NCBI GenBank assembly: GCA_001874305.1
Contig: MPCU01000012.1
Coordinates: forward strand, 69,525 to 133,524
Direction of reading: 5' to 3'
Source of the DNA: Bacteriovorax sp. MedPE-SWde
GTDB taxonomy: Bacteria > Bdellovibrionota > Bacteriovoracia > Bacteriovoracales > Bacteriovoracaceae
DNA length: 64,000 nucleotides
Of this stretch, positions 11,465 through 20,423 are shown one piece after another. The translations under genes were made by a program, and so were the position numbers. How positions within the stretch are numbered: position 1 is the stretch's first letter; each line of letters begins with the position of its first letter. Below the pieces are notes generated by a model, which saw only the letters and a list, made by a program, of their open reading frames with translations, had not been told where the DNA came from and did not search any database.

Positions 11465-13150
11465 TTGAAGTTGATTATAATGGTCATCTATTCTCTGCTT
11501 ATAAGTATTGCTCATTCAGTTGATGTTGAGAGTAATCTTGTTATTAATAATAGTGCTTTCTATAGCTCTATTAACAAGCTTCATTCTGATGAGTTAGCAA
11601 AAGTTGATCAGAAATGGATCGACTATATTAAGTTCTATAGAACATTTTATGTTGAAGGTGAAAACCTTGGCTTCTATTGTAAACAATCACCAAAAGTATA
11701 TTACAAGGATAGATGGCAGAGAGACCTTGTTATTAACTCCTTTGTTTCAACTCTTCAAATGATACTTCTTGAACAAACTGTTCCAGCGATAGCTAAATAT
11801 TCAAAAGAGCTGAGTCTTAGCAATGATGAATATGAAGCCCTATACCAAAATACAATGGGGGAGAGTTGTAGCGAGAATATGTCTGTTATGAGTCATAGAA
11901 GAATTACTAAGCTCTTTAAAGACTCATTTAAGAATAATGTCTATAAGTTACCATCAGTGGAAACGAATCCATTATTTGCAAGTAAGATTTCCGTTAAACA
12001 ATCCAGAGAAGAAAAGCTCGTTAGAGAGCTAACTTATACGATAGGTCTATTTCAGGCCGCATGCTCTTGGGGACAAAGGTATGAGTCTTTGAGACTACTT
12101 GCTCCTTTATTAAAGAATGAGGTGATTGCTTCATACGTCATTAGACAAATGTCTTCATTTAAAATCAAAAAAAATAAAGGTGAAGGCCTTGAAATGCTTG
12201 AGTACGACAATAGCACTACTAAGGTTCACTGTGACGGTATTATTTGTAGAAAAAAATCAGAAAAAAGATTTCTTATAGAGTTTCCTAAGGGCATAGGTTC
12301 CAGCAGTATCTATGACGACATGAAAGCTATATATTGTCAGGAGATTGTTAATCACACTTCTGAGGAAGAGCCTGAGATTGATTCTCAAATAAAAAAGCTA
12401 CAGACAAAGTATGTTGGAGCAGAGGCCAATAGACTTAAGGCGCAGTTCATTGCTCTGATTACTAAAACGCCAGACTTTAATGTGTGGACGGAAAGCTTTG
12501 AAACTATTAATTCGTACTTAAAGATGGGGATGGAGTTCTTTTGGGACAAATGGGCCAAGCAAAGTTTAAATCAAATAGTCGAGAACCTTAACTATGAAGA
12601 ACCTCTTGTTTTAAAAGTAGTTGATCGTAATATATTTACTGATAAGTTCTCTTTCACACCTAAAGTAATTCTTGATTTGAATAGTGGTGAATTTGATGAA
12701 GAGATTTCTATAAATGGAAAAATCAAGTTTAAGTTCTTTATTAATATTCCAAAGAATGATCTTAAATGGTTCTTCTTTCAATATAGACTAGATGATAGCG
12801 GAAATCCTGACTTAGTGAAGTCTGTGGATAAGAGACTAAGGTACTATGTTGACCATAGCTACAGTAGGTTTAAAGATAAGCTTTCTGAATACATCATAAA
12901 AGGCGATGTCTCGGATATCATAATGAGTGAACTCAAGTCGCAGATGCTATATTTTAGGAATATAGATATGAGTCATGTTGAGGGGCGAATTTACCGAGTT
13001 CCTGTTGAGATCAATGTTTCTCCATTTGCGCTTATCTATTTAAAGAATAAAAACCTTATGAAATATTACCTAGATAGAGAGATTTCACGAGAAAAAGACT
13101 TCGAACTAGAGAATCGTATAGACTCTATGGCCGAAAAATCAAAAAAGTGA
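11465..13150 (+). CDS. Exported hypothetical protein with several cysteines
   Basis: 561-aa ORF, TTG start, hydrophobic N-terminus; no family recognised. Confidence 0.6.
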   Translation: MKLIIMVIYSLLISIAHSVDVESNLVINNSAFYSSINKLHSDELAKVDQKWIDYIKFYRTFYVEGENLGFYCKQSPKVYYKDRWQRDLVINSFVSTLQMILLEQTVPAIAKYSKELSLSNDEYEALYQNTMGESCSENMSVMSHRRITKLFKDSFKNNVYKLPSVETNPLFASKISVKQSREEKLVRELTYTIGLFQAACSWGQRYESLRLLAPLLKNEVIASYVIRQMSSFKIKKNKGEGLEMLEYDNSTTKVHCDGIICRKKSEKRFLIEFPKGIGSSSIYDDMKAIYCQEIVNHTSEEEPEIDSQIKKLQTKYVGAEANRLKAQFIALITKTPDFNVWTESFETINSYLKMGMEFFWDKWAKQSLNQIVENLNYEEPLVLKVVDRNIFTDKFSFTPKVILDLNSGEFDEEISINGKIKFKFFINIPKNDLKWFFFQYRLDDSGNPDLVKSVDKRLRYYVDHSYSRFKDKLSEYIIKGDVSDIIMSELKSQMLYFRNIDMSHVEGRIYRVPVEINVSPFALIYLKNKNLMKYYLDREISREKDFELENRIDSMAEKSKK

Positions 13151-13162
13151 TAGAAACAAGCT

Positions 13163-14209
13163 GTGTCAGATAAAAAAAATAAGAAAACAGACATTATTGA
13201 AGTAACTAATGCGACTCCTGTAGAAGTCCTTCCAAGCTTAGATGATAACTCATCTATTGAAACATTAGCTTTGGACTCCAGTGAAGATACAATAAGTGTC
13301 GGGAGCAAAAGCGACCTTGAAGCAGAACTAGAGGGGGAGTTACTACCGTCTCTCTCGGAGAAGTTACCTGCTGTCACAGATGCCTCTACTAATAACCTAA
13401 ATCAGTACTTAAAAGAAATCAGTCGCTATGAGCTCTTGTCTCGAGAACAAGAGCTTGCCTTAGCAAAAGCACTAAAAGAAACAGGTGATATTGATATTGC
13501 AAAGAAGCTTGTTGTTTCGAATTTAAGATTGGTTGTAAAAATTGCTATGGAGTATAAATATGCTTATAGCAATGTCATGGACCTCATTCAAGAAGGGAAT
13601 GTTGGCCTGATGAAAGCAGTTTCTCTTTATGACTCTGACAAGGGCGCAAAGCTTTCATATTATGCAAGTTGGTGGATAAGGTCATATGTTCTCAAGTTTA
13701 TATTAGATAATTTTAGACTTGTTAAAATTGGGACTACCAATGATCAAAAAAAGCTCTTCTATAATCTTATGAAAGAAAAGCAAAGGCTTATGAATGAAGG
13801 TATTAATCCTGACCATAAGACTCTTGCTGAAAACCTAGATGTTTCGGAAAAGGCAGTGGCCTTAATGGATATGAGACTAGGTGAGTCCGGTGGTGAAGTT
13901 AGCCTTGACCATAAAGTGGCAGAAGGCAGCAACCAGAACTTTGGTGACTTTCTATCCAGTGGAGAGGACTTTACTGAGGATATCTCATACCAGCAAAGTT
14001 TGAATTTATTACAGGATAACCTGGATGATTTCATCTCCACTCTTAAAGAAAGAGACCGTGAGATATTCAATAAACGGCTCTTGGATGAAGCTCCTGCGTC
14101 ATTACAGTCAATTGCAGATGATTATGGAGTCTCTCGCGAGAGAATTCGCCAGATTGAGGCACGCCTTCTCAAGAATTTAAAACTTTACATGTCTACATAT
14201 ATTCGCTAA
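13163..14209 (+). CDS. rpoH: RpoH (sigma-32)-type sigma-70 family factor with acidic N-terminal extension
   Basis: NLRLVVKIA, DLIQEGNVGLMKAV, YASWWIR, RpoH-box-like QKKLFYNL, region 4 VSRERIRQIE. Confidence 0.85.
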   Translation: MSDKKNKKTDIIEVTNATPVEVLPSLDDNSSIETLALDSSEDTISVGSKSDLEAELEGELLPSLSEKLPAVTDASTNNLNQYLKEISRYELLSREQELALAKALKETGDIDIAKKLVVSNLRLVVKIAMEYKYAYSNVMDLIQEGNVGLMKAVSLYDSDKGAKLSYYASWWIRSYVLKFILDNFRLVKIGTTNDQKKLFYNLMKEKQRLMNEGINPDHKTLAENLDVSEKAVALMDMRLGESGGEVSLDHKVAEGSNQNFGDFLSSGEDFTEDISYQQSLNLLQDNLDDFISTLKERDREIFNKRLLDEAPASLQSIADDYGVSRERIRQIEARLLKNLKLYMSTYIR

Positions 14210-14288
14210 GATGCATCATTATTTCGCCCTTTTCTCGGTTTCAAAAATAACTTTGATACTTGGTTTTGGGTCTGTATTAGGAGAATTT

Positions 14289-14567
14289 ATGATTACTCAA
14301 GAAAAAACAGCAGAACTAGTAAAGGAATTCGGAACTGAGTTTGGTTCAGGAGCTACAGATGCAGGTTGTGCACCAGTACAAGTTGCTATCCTTACAACTA
14401 GAATTAACAACCTTATGGTTCACTTTGAAAAGCATATCCATGACTATCATTCAAACAGAGGTCTTTTAAAGCTAATTGGTAGACGTAGACGTCTTCTTAA
14501 GTTCATCTCTAAGAACGATTCAGCTAAGTACCAAACTGTAATTAAGAAACTTGGTCTAAGAAAGTAA
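14289..14567 (+). CDS. rpsO: 30S ribosomal protein S15
   Basis: VQVAILTTRINNL and DYHSNRGLLKLIGRRRRLL motifs; start moved to ATG 14289 after AGGAGA. Confidence 0.97.
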   Translation: MITQEKTAELVKEFGTEFGSGATDAGCAPVQVAILTTRINNLMVHFEKHIHDYHSNRGLLKLIGRRRRLLKFISKNDSAKYQTVIKKLGLRK

Positions 14568-14590
14568 TTTTAAATTACATTTTTATATAG

Positions 14591-14617
14591 AAAAGGCTCC
14601 GAAAGGAGCCTTTTTTT
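14591..14617. terminator. Bidirectional intrinsic terminator (rpsO / TetR)
   Basis: AAAAGGCTCC-GAAA-GGAGCCTTTTTTT. Confidence 0.9.
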
Positions 14618-14624
14618 ATTTCTA

Positions 14625-15239
14625 CTATTCTCTTTTCAAAGCACCATTAACAAGAACTCTATTAGTGGTTTGTATAAAGGATTTTGTTTGCGAATATCCT
14701 TCACTTTGATCCATAAACCACATATAGATAAAAATCATAAGTTGATGCCAGCATAGTCGTGAAAAGCTCTGTAGATCGACTGAGAGCTCTTTAACCGTGA
14801 AGTATTTAGACACGACTTGCGTATAGTTAGTAATATGTTTCTCAGTAAACTTTCTTCCTTCGGATTCCGAGTCAGTATATTGATCCATATGCGAGATGAC
14901 TTGAACAAGCTGAGTGATAACTTCTTTATTTTTACTAAGCTCTTCGAGATATTTGATTATCAAATTTGATAGAGAGTTTTCTTTATCAGATTTTATTATT
15001 GCTGCCTCTAGCTTAAACATATCGCTAAATATTGAATCACTAATTGCAAAAATGATTTCATCTTTATTCTTGAAGTAGTTGTAATATGTTCCAAGCCCGA
15101 GGCCAGACTCTTTGGCCAGTTGTCTCATTCCTATTTCTTTAACACCATGTTCACTAAAAAGTTCTCTGGCCTTAACTATCAGATGTTTTCGTGTCTCTTC
15201 TTTCTTAATTTGTCTTTTACCAACCATTATTACCTTCAT
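14625..15239 (-). CDS. TetR/AcrR family transcriptional regulator
   Basis: N-terminal HTH: ARELFSEHGVKEIGMRQLAKESGLGLGTYYNYFKNKDEI. Confidence 0.93.
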   Translation of the reverse strand: MKVIMVGKRQIKKEETRKHLIVKARELFSEHGVKEIGMRQLAKESGLGLGTYYNYFKNKDEIIFAISDSIFSDMFKLEAAIIKSDKENSLSNLIIKYLEELSKNKEVITQLVQVISHMDQYTDSESEGRKFTEKHITNYTQVVSKYFTVKELSVDLQSFSRLCWHQLMIFIYMWFMDQSEGYSQTKSFIQTTNRVLVNGALKRE

Positions 15240-15339
15240 TAACTATATGACTATAGGTGAAACACTATATTTATTTACACAATATCTTTTTTTTACTTGC
15301 GTGATTGCAAATGAGTATATATTAACACATATATAAAAT

Positions 15340-15353
15340 ATGAACACGTTCAT
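15340..15353. promoter_or_regulatory. Candidate TetR operator
   Basis: Palindrome ATGAAC-AC-GTTCAT in the divergent intergenic region, just upstream of the RBS of 15375. Confidence 0.6.
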
Positions 15354-15374
15354 TGTGTAAAATAAGGAGAGAAA

Positions 15375-15890
15375 ATGAAGCAATTACTACTATCACTTTT
15401 ATTTATGTTTTCAACTACCACATTAGCAGCAGGGTTACCAATTATTATTGAGACTCACTCTCTTGAGATTGAATCTCTTAGGGGTGTAATGACATATACA
15501 CCAGTGGCCGGAGACTGCGTGGATGTAAGAAGATCATTTAGAGGAAAGAAAATTTCAAAAACGAAGTTCTCAATCACTTTTGAAAGAACTGGTCTAAGCC
15601 TTTGTGGGATAAATACCTACACTGAAGGTGTATTTTGGCTTAAGACAAAAGGAAACTCTGAAATCCCTTTTAAAGTTAAGAAAGGAAAACTCCTAAATAA
15701 TTATGCAACAAATTGGGGACACGTAATTTGGGGCGCGTGGCTAGATGGTGAGTGTAACTTCATAAACGGGAAGTTTACTTCATGTGACGCGGGTAGTGAC
15801 GCTACATGGACGGGAAAAGAGCCTTTTACACTCTATATAAGTCCAATGTATCCGGCCTTTAAGTGGAATATCCAAGAAGTTTTGAGATAA
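15375..15890 (+). CDS. Secreted hypothetical protein (4 Cys)
   Basis: AAGGAG RBS, signal peptide MKQLLLSLLFMFSTTTLAA, Trp/Cys-rich mature region. Confidence 0.75.
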   Translation: MKQLLLSLLFMFSTTTLAAGLPIIIETHSLEIESLRGVMTYTPVAGDCVDVRRSFRGKKISKTKFSITFERTGLSLCGINTYTEGVFWLKTKGNSEIPFKVKKGKLLNNYATNWGHVIWGAWLDGECNFINGKFTSCDAGSDATWTGKEPFTLYISPMYPAFKWNIQEVLR

Positions 15891-15899
15891 TAAATATTT

Positions 15900-15933
15900 G
15901 ACCCAGTATCTCTGTATCTATTGATGCTGGGTC
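15900..15933 (+). terminator. Hairpin after the secreted-protein gene (possible terminator)
   Basis: GACCCAGTATC...GATGCTGGGTC stem; no clear U-tract. Confidence 0.4.
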
Positions 15934-16043
15934 TCAAACTTGACGCCTTGGGTTGCCTTATATTACTCCTCTTCGCCATATTAAAAGCTTCCATTTCCAT
16001 AGCTAATTAGATAAAATCAAAGAGATTAAAAATTAGGTCGGAC

Positions 16044-16109
16044 GAATTTAAAGGATTTTTGAATAGAAGACCACGGAATTATACTTCTATTGAAACATTC
16101 TTTGGATTC
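16044..16109 (+). promoter_or_regulatory. Long stem-loop in pnp 5' leader (candidate RNase III autoregulatory site)
   Basis: 16044-16069 pairs with 16084-16109: 24 of 26 positions paired including G-U. Confidence 0.65.
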
Positions 16110-16186
16110 ACGCCTTATTTAAAATCAATTTTATATTTATAATTTTTTCCGCTCTTGGGTTATCCAAGAAGCAACGGAGTACGTTT

Positions 16187-18490
16187 ATGTTAAACAACAG
16201 AAAAGAGTACAAGTACAACTTTGGTGGTAAAGAAATTACTATCGAAACAGGTCGTATGGCGAAGCAAGCTGATGGTTCAGTTCTTGTTTCTTCAGGTGGA
16301 ACGCAAGTTCTAGTTACAGTATGTTCAGCAACTAAAATGAAAGACGGTCAAGACTTCTTTCCACTTCTAGTTGAATACACTGAAAAGTTTTATTCAGCAG
16401 GGAAGTTCCTTGGTGGATTCATGAAAAGAGAAGGTAGACCATCTACTGGTGAAACTCTTAATGCGCGTCTAATTGATAGACCATTAAGACCATTATTCCC
16501 AAGTGGATATATGTTTGACACTGTAGTTTCTTGTACAGTTATGTCTTACGGTGAAGAGGGAGATCCTGAAGTTCTTGCTCTAATTGGTGCTTCAGCAGCA
16601 CTAACAATTTCTGATATCCCATTTGAAGGGCCAATCGGTTCTTGTAAAGTTGGTAGAATCGGTGGTGAATTTGTAATCAATCCATCACATTCTCAGTGGG
16701 AAGAGTCAGATCTTGAAATCGCTGTAGCGGCAAGTGAAGATGCAATCCTTATGGTTGAAGGTGAAGCAGCTGTAGTTCCAGAGAAAGATGTTCTTGAAGC
16801 AATCTTCTTTGGACACGATCAAATCAAAGGTCTTGTAAAATTCCTAAAAGATATTCAAAGTGAAATTGGTGTTGAAAAGAGAGTATTTATTCCTGAAACT
16901 CCAAATGAAAAACTTATGTCTACAGTAAAAGAGAAGTTCACTGCTCCAGCAAGAGAAGTTCTAAAAATTACTGATAAAATTCTTAGACAAAAAGCTACTA
17001 AGTTAATGGAAGCTGATGTTGCAACTGCAATGAAGGAAGCTCCTGCTGACTTTGGTCTTGATGATTCTGCATCTTTTGGAAAAGAAGCATACGGTGGTGT
17101 TGATGAACTAATGTATGAACTTCTAAGAGGTGACTTACTAGATCATGACAAGCGTATTGCTGATAGAGCTCTTGATAAAGTTAGAGCAATCGAAACAGAA
17201 ACAGATATCCTTACAACTCCACACGGTTCATCTATCTTTACAAGAGGTGAAACTCAAGTTGTAGCAACAGTTACTCTTGGTGGTAAAACTGGAACTCAAA
17301 TGAGTGACAGAATTAGTGGTAAGACTGAGCAATCATTCTACCTACACTATAACTTTCCTCCATTCTCTGTTGGTGAAGCAAGAGGTGTTAGAGGTGTTGG
17401 ACGTCGTGAATTAGGTCACGGTAATCTTGCAGAAAGAGCTATTAAAGCAGTTGTTCCAACTGACTTCCCATATACAACTAGAGTAGTTTGTGAAGTTTTA
17501 GAATCTAACGGTTCTTCTTCAATGGGTTCTGTATGTTCTGGTTCAATGGCACTTATGGATGCTGGTGTTCCTTTAACTGCTCCAGTTGCAGGTATTGCAA
17601 TGGGACTAGTTACAGATGGTGAAAGATTTAAAATCCTTACAGATATTCTAGGTGATGAAGATCACTTAGGTGATATGGACTTTAAAGTTGCAGGTACTGC
17701 TGATGGTATTACTGCTATTCAAATGGACATTAAGATTACAGGTCTTACTCGTGAGATCGTTGAAGCATCTATGGCACAAGCTAGAGATGGTCGTCTTCAT
17801 ATCCTTGAAGAGATGGCAAAGACTATTTCTTCTCATAGAGGAGCAATGAAAGACGGTGTACCTGTTATGAAGTCTATGCAAATTCCAACTGACAAAATTG
17901 GAGCTCTTATTGGTCCTGGTGGAAAGAACATCAAGAAACTTCAAGAGAACTACGAGCTTGTTATTGAAATTGAAGAAGATGGAACTGCTAAGTTTATCTC
18001 TACTAACCAAGAAAAAATTGGTCTATGTATGGAACTAGTTGCTCTTCAATTAAGCGGTCCAGAAGTTGGAAAAGTTTATGAAGCGACTGTAGCAACAATT
18101 AAAGAATATGGTGCATTCGTAGATATCGCTGACGGTGTTGGTGGTCTTGTACATATTTCTGAAATAGCTGATGAAAGAGTACGTGATGCTGGAGACTATG
18201 TTTCTGAAGGTGACGTAGTAAAAGTTAAGGTTCTTGAAATCGATAGAATGGGAAGAGTTAAGCTTTCTGCAAAAGCAGCAGCTACTCTTAAGAGAAAAGA
18301 TGGAAAAGATCCTGCAGAAGTAGAAGCAGAATTTAAAAAGAGTAATCCTAACGCTGACAAGCCTAGAGAAGATAGACCATCAAGAGGTGGTAGAAACGAT
18401 AGAGGTGGCGATAGAAATAGAGGACCAAGAAAGCCAAGAGAAGACAGAGCTCCAAGATCTGAAAAGAAAGAGGAATCTAGTGAGTCTTAA
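16187..18490 (+). CDS. pnp: Polyribonucleotide nucleotidyltransferase with basic RGG-rich C-terminal tail
   Basis: Two RNase PH domains (RRELGHG, LESNGSSSM, GDEDHLGDMDFK), KH (IGALIGPGGKNIK) and S1 domains. Confidence 0.98.
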   Translation: MLNNRKEYKYNFGGKEITIETGRMAKQADGSVLVSSGGTQVLVTVCSATKMKDGQDFFPLLVEYTEKFYSAGKFLGGFMKREGRPSTGETLNARLIDRPLRPLFPSGYMFDTVVSCTVMSYGEEGDPEVLALIGASAALTISDIPFEGPIGSCKVGRIGGEFVINPSHSQWEESDLEIAVAASEDAILMVEGEAAVVPEKDVLEAIFFGHDQIKGLVKFLKDIQSEIGVEKRVFIPETPNEKLMSTVKEKFTAPAREVLKITDKILRQKATKLMEADVATAMKEAPADFGLDDSASFGKEAYGGVDELMYELLRGDLLDHDKRIADRALDKVRAIETETDILTTPHGSSIFTRGETQVVATVTLGGKTGTQMSDRISGKTEQSFYLHYNFPPFSVGEARGVRGVGRRELGHGNLAERAIKAVVPTDFPYTTRVVCEVLESNGSSSMGSVCSGSMALMDAGVPLTAPVAGIAMGLVTDGERFKILTDILGDEDHLGDMDFKVAGTADGITAIQMDIKITGLTREIVEASMAQARDGRLHILEEMAKTISSHRGAMKDGVPVMKSMQIPTDKIGALIGPGGKNIKKLQENYELVIEIEEDGTAKFISTNQEKIGLCMELVALQLSGPEVGKVYEATVATIKEYGAFVDIADGVGGLVHISEIADERVRDAGDYVSEGDVVKVKVLEIDRMGRVKLSAKAAATLKRKDGKDPAEVEAEFKKSNPNADKPREDRPSRGGRNDRGGDRNRGPRKPREDRAPRSEKKEESSES

Positions 18491-18953
18491 GGTTGATCTA
18501 AAGATTAAGAAACTTGATAATTACGATGAAGCACTTCCTTTTCCGTCTTACGAGACAGAAGGGGCCGCTGGAGCAGACCTTAGGGCCTGCCTTGGTACAG
18601 ATGTAGATGGTGAAAAGTTTGTTATCTATCCTGGTCAAAGAGTGCTTATTCCAACAGGATTAAGTTTTGAAATTCCATTCGGGTACGAGGTCCAAATTAG
18701 ACCTCGTTCTGGTCTTTCATTAAAAACAAATCTACTTGTAGTAAATTCACCGGGAACAATCGATTGTGATTATCGAGGTGAAGTTAAAATTATTATGGGT
18801 AACTTTGGAAATGAAGAGGCCGTAATTAATCACGGTGATCGTGTGGCCCAAATGGTTATAGCTCCTGTTACTCAAGCTAGTTTTGTCCTAACTGAAGACC
18901 TTTCTGCTACAGAAAGAGGCGAGGGTGGATTTGGCTCAACAGGTGTTAAATAA
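18480..18953 (+). CDS. dut: dUTP diphosphatase
   Basis: AAGADLRA, RPRSGL, PGTIDCDYRGE and RGEGGFGSTG motifs; likely GTG start at 18480 after GAGGA, overlapping pnp end. Confidence 0.96.
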   Translation: MSLKVDLKIKKLDNYDEALPFPSYETEGAAGADLRACLGTDVDGEKFVIYPGQRVLIPTGLSFEIPFGYEVQIRPRSGLSLKTNLLVVNSPGTIDCDYRGEVKIIMGNFGNEEAVINHGDRVAQMVIAPVTQASFVLTEDLSATERGEGGFGSTGVK

Positions 18954-18961
18954 GAGGTATT

Positions 18962-19243
18962 ATGTCTTTATCAGTTAAATACTATGTTGCTTCCTCTGCG
19001 AGTGAAGCTTTTGAGTTAGCTAAGGCACAGATCACTCCTGAGTATGTAGCGAAGTTCAATGTTCCTGCGAATATTACTTACCCAGGAAACCATACAATAA
19101 ATGCAAAGGGTAAGGGCTTTGATCTGTCATTATTCTTTGAAGAGACTGAATGTCGTGTTGAGATTAAACTCTCATTCCTTCTTAAGCCCGTTAAGGGTAA
19201 AGTTCTCGATACAATCGAGAACAAACTAAAAAAGACGGTGTAA
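18962..19243 (+). CDS. Small protein resembling the PHA granule-region (PF09650-like) family
   Basis: C-terminal EIKLSFLLKPVKGKVLDTIENKL resembles that family's pattern as I recall it; GAGG RBS. Confidence 0.55.
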   Translation: MSLSVKYYVASSASEAFELAKAQITPEYVAKFNVPANITYPGNHTINAKGKGFDLSLFFEETECRVEIKLSFLLKPVKGKVLDTIENKLKKTV

Positions 19244-19244
19244 A

Positions 19245-19613
19245 GTGTCGAAATTACATGTAAAACCAAGTGATGAAACATATGTTATTGATGAGAAGAA
19301 GTCTATTTTAGAGAACCTTCGAGACAATGGCGTGTATGTAAAATCTAGCTGTGGTGGACATGCTAGTTGCACAGATTGCATAATCAAGGTATTAGATGGT
19401 AAGGAATCTATTAATGGGCCGACCTTTGATGAGACTAAACTCCTAGGAAATGTTTTTCATATTACTAAGGAACGTTTAGCATGTCAGTGCTTTGTTAATG
19501 GAGAAGCAACCATCGATATATCAGCTCACGATAAGAGATCTGATGAAGATCGACAACAGGCAAAGAACAGGAAGAATAGACATGGCATCAATCAAAGTAA
19601 GAAAAAAATCTGA
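19245..19613 (+). CDS. 2Fe-2S ferredoxin-domain protein
   Basis: CGGHASCTDC and RLACQ motifs; GTG start. Confidence 0.88.
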   Translation: MSKLHVKPSDETYVIDEKKSILENLRDNGVYVKSSCGGHASCTDCIIKVLDGKESINGPTFDETKLLGNVFHITKERLACQCFVNGEATIDISAHDKRSDEDRQQAKNRKNRHGINQSKKKI

Positions 19614-19800
19614 AGTTAAAGAAATTCTTGAAGAAAGAATCCAACGTTCTGCTGAAAAAAGAGAAGCAAGAGATACTTGGATGAATCACTGGGAAAGAGA
19701 AGGTACTAAGGTTGCAAAGTCTCTTGGTGGCGGAAAACGTCCAACAAAGATGAAAGATCTAGATCTTATTCAAGAAAGAGAATATTCAAATAATAAGTAG
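19582..19800 (+). CDS. Small basic protein (or frameshifted C-terminus of the ferredoxin)
   Basis: MASIKVRKKSEVKEILEER...; codon style similar to pnp; overlaps ferredoxin by 32 nt in +1 frame. Confidence 0.55.
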   Translation: MASIKVRKKSEVKEILEERIQRSAEKREARDTWMNHWEREGTKVAKSLGGGKRPTKMKDLDLIQEREYSNNK

Positions 19801-19818
19801 AATTAAAAAATCATATAT

Positions 19819-19850
19819 AAAAAAAGGGATCTTAATTGATCCCTTTTTTT
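19819..19850. terminator. Bidirectional intrinsic terminator
   Basis: AAAAAAAGGGATC-TTAATT-GATCCCTTTTTTT between convergent genes. Confidence 0.9.
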
Positions 19851-19853
19851 ATT

Positions 19854-20423
19854 CTAATATCTCTTAAGTAGTTCTTGTATCTTTTTTAGGTCGGCCTTTC
19901 TTGAAGAGCGATCGATGAGAACTTCTCTGCCATCTTTGAGTTTCGCAAAGAGTTGGAAGTAGCCCTTATTTTCAAATCCTCTAAGACTCGGGTCTGCCTG
20001 CATTTTGGCAACATTTGGAGAGTCCATATAGTGCTTTATTTCAAGAGACTCTTTATTTTCTAATTCATACTTTACTTTTTTAAGACCTAACCAGAACACT
20101 CTATGAGTAATCGTGATGAGACTATCTTGTTTAGTTATGAACTTCTCGTAGAAGTAAAATCCTATTGAGATAGATGGTATAAGAATAACAGTAGATGCTG
20201 CTACAATAACGAGCACTTTATTTATCAGATCATCTGTTTTAAATAGCGTTATCATCGGTCCTGCGACTGCTAGGCCCATAGCAAGGATAACCACAAGAAT
20301 CGCGGCCAAGTAGCCCCAGAATACGAGTGGAAGCCCGTAGGATTTAAGTGTAATCCCTTTATCATTAATAGTAATTCTATCTTTTTCTTCTTCCGATACC
20401 GGAAACATAAACATTAGTCCCAT
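19854..20423 (-). CDS. Hypothetical membrane protein (2 TM)
   Basis: 189-aa ORF with two hydrophobic helices; promoter TTGCCA-N17-TAATCT 6 nt before ATG. Confidence 0.7.
   Translation of the reverse strand: MGLMFMFPVSEEEKDRITINDKGITLKSYGLPLVFWGYLAAILVVILAMGLAVAGPMITLFKTDDLINKVLVIVAASTVILIPSISIGFYFYEKFITKQDSLITITHRVFWLGLKKVKYELENKESLEIKHYMDSPNVAKMQADPSLRGFENKGYFQLFAKLKDGREVLIDRSSRKADLKKIQELLKRY

Noticed and set aside
14211-14288. N-terminal extension of rpsO in the ORF track
   Set aside because: ATG 14289 has a good SD and gives a normal-length S15. The same reasoning moved the starts of dut, phnD, lplA, idh and the MTase.
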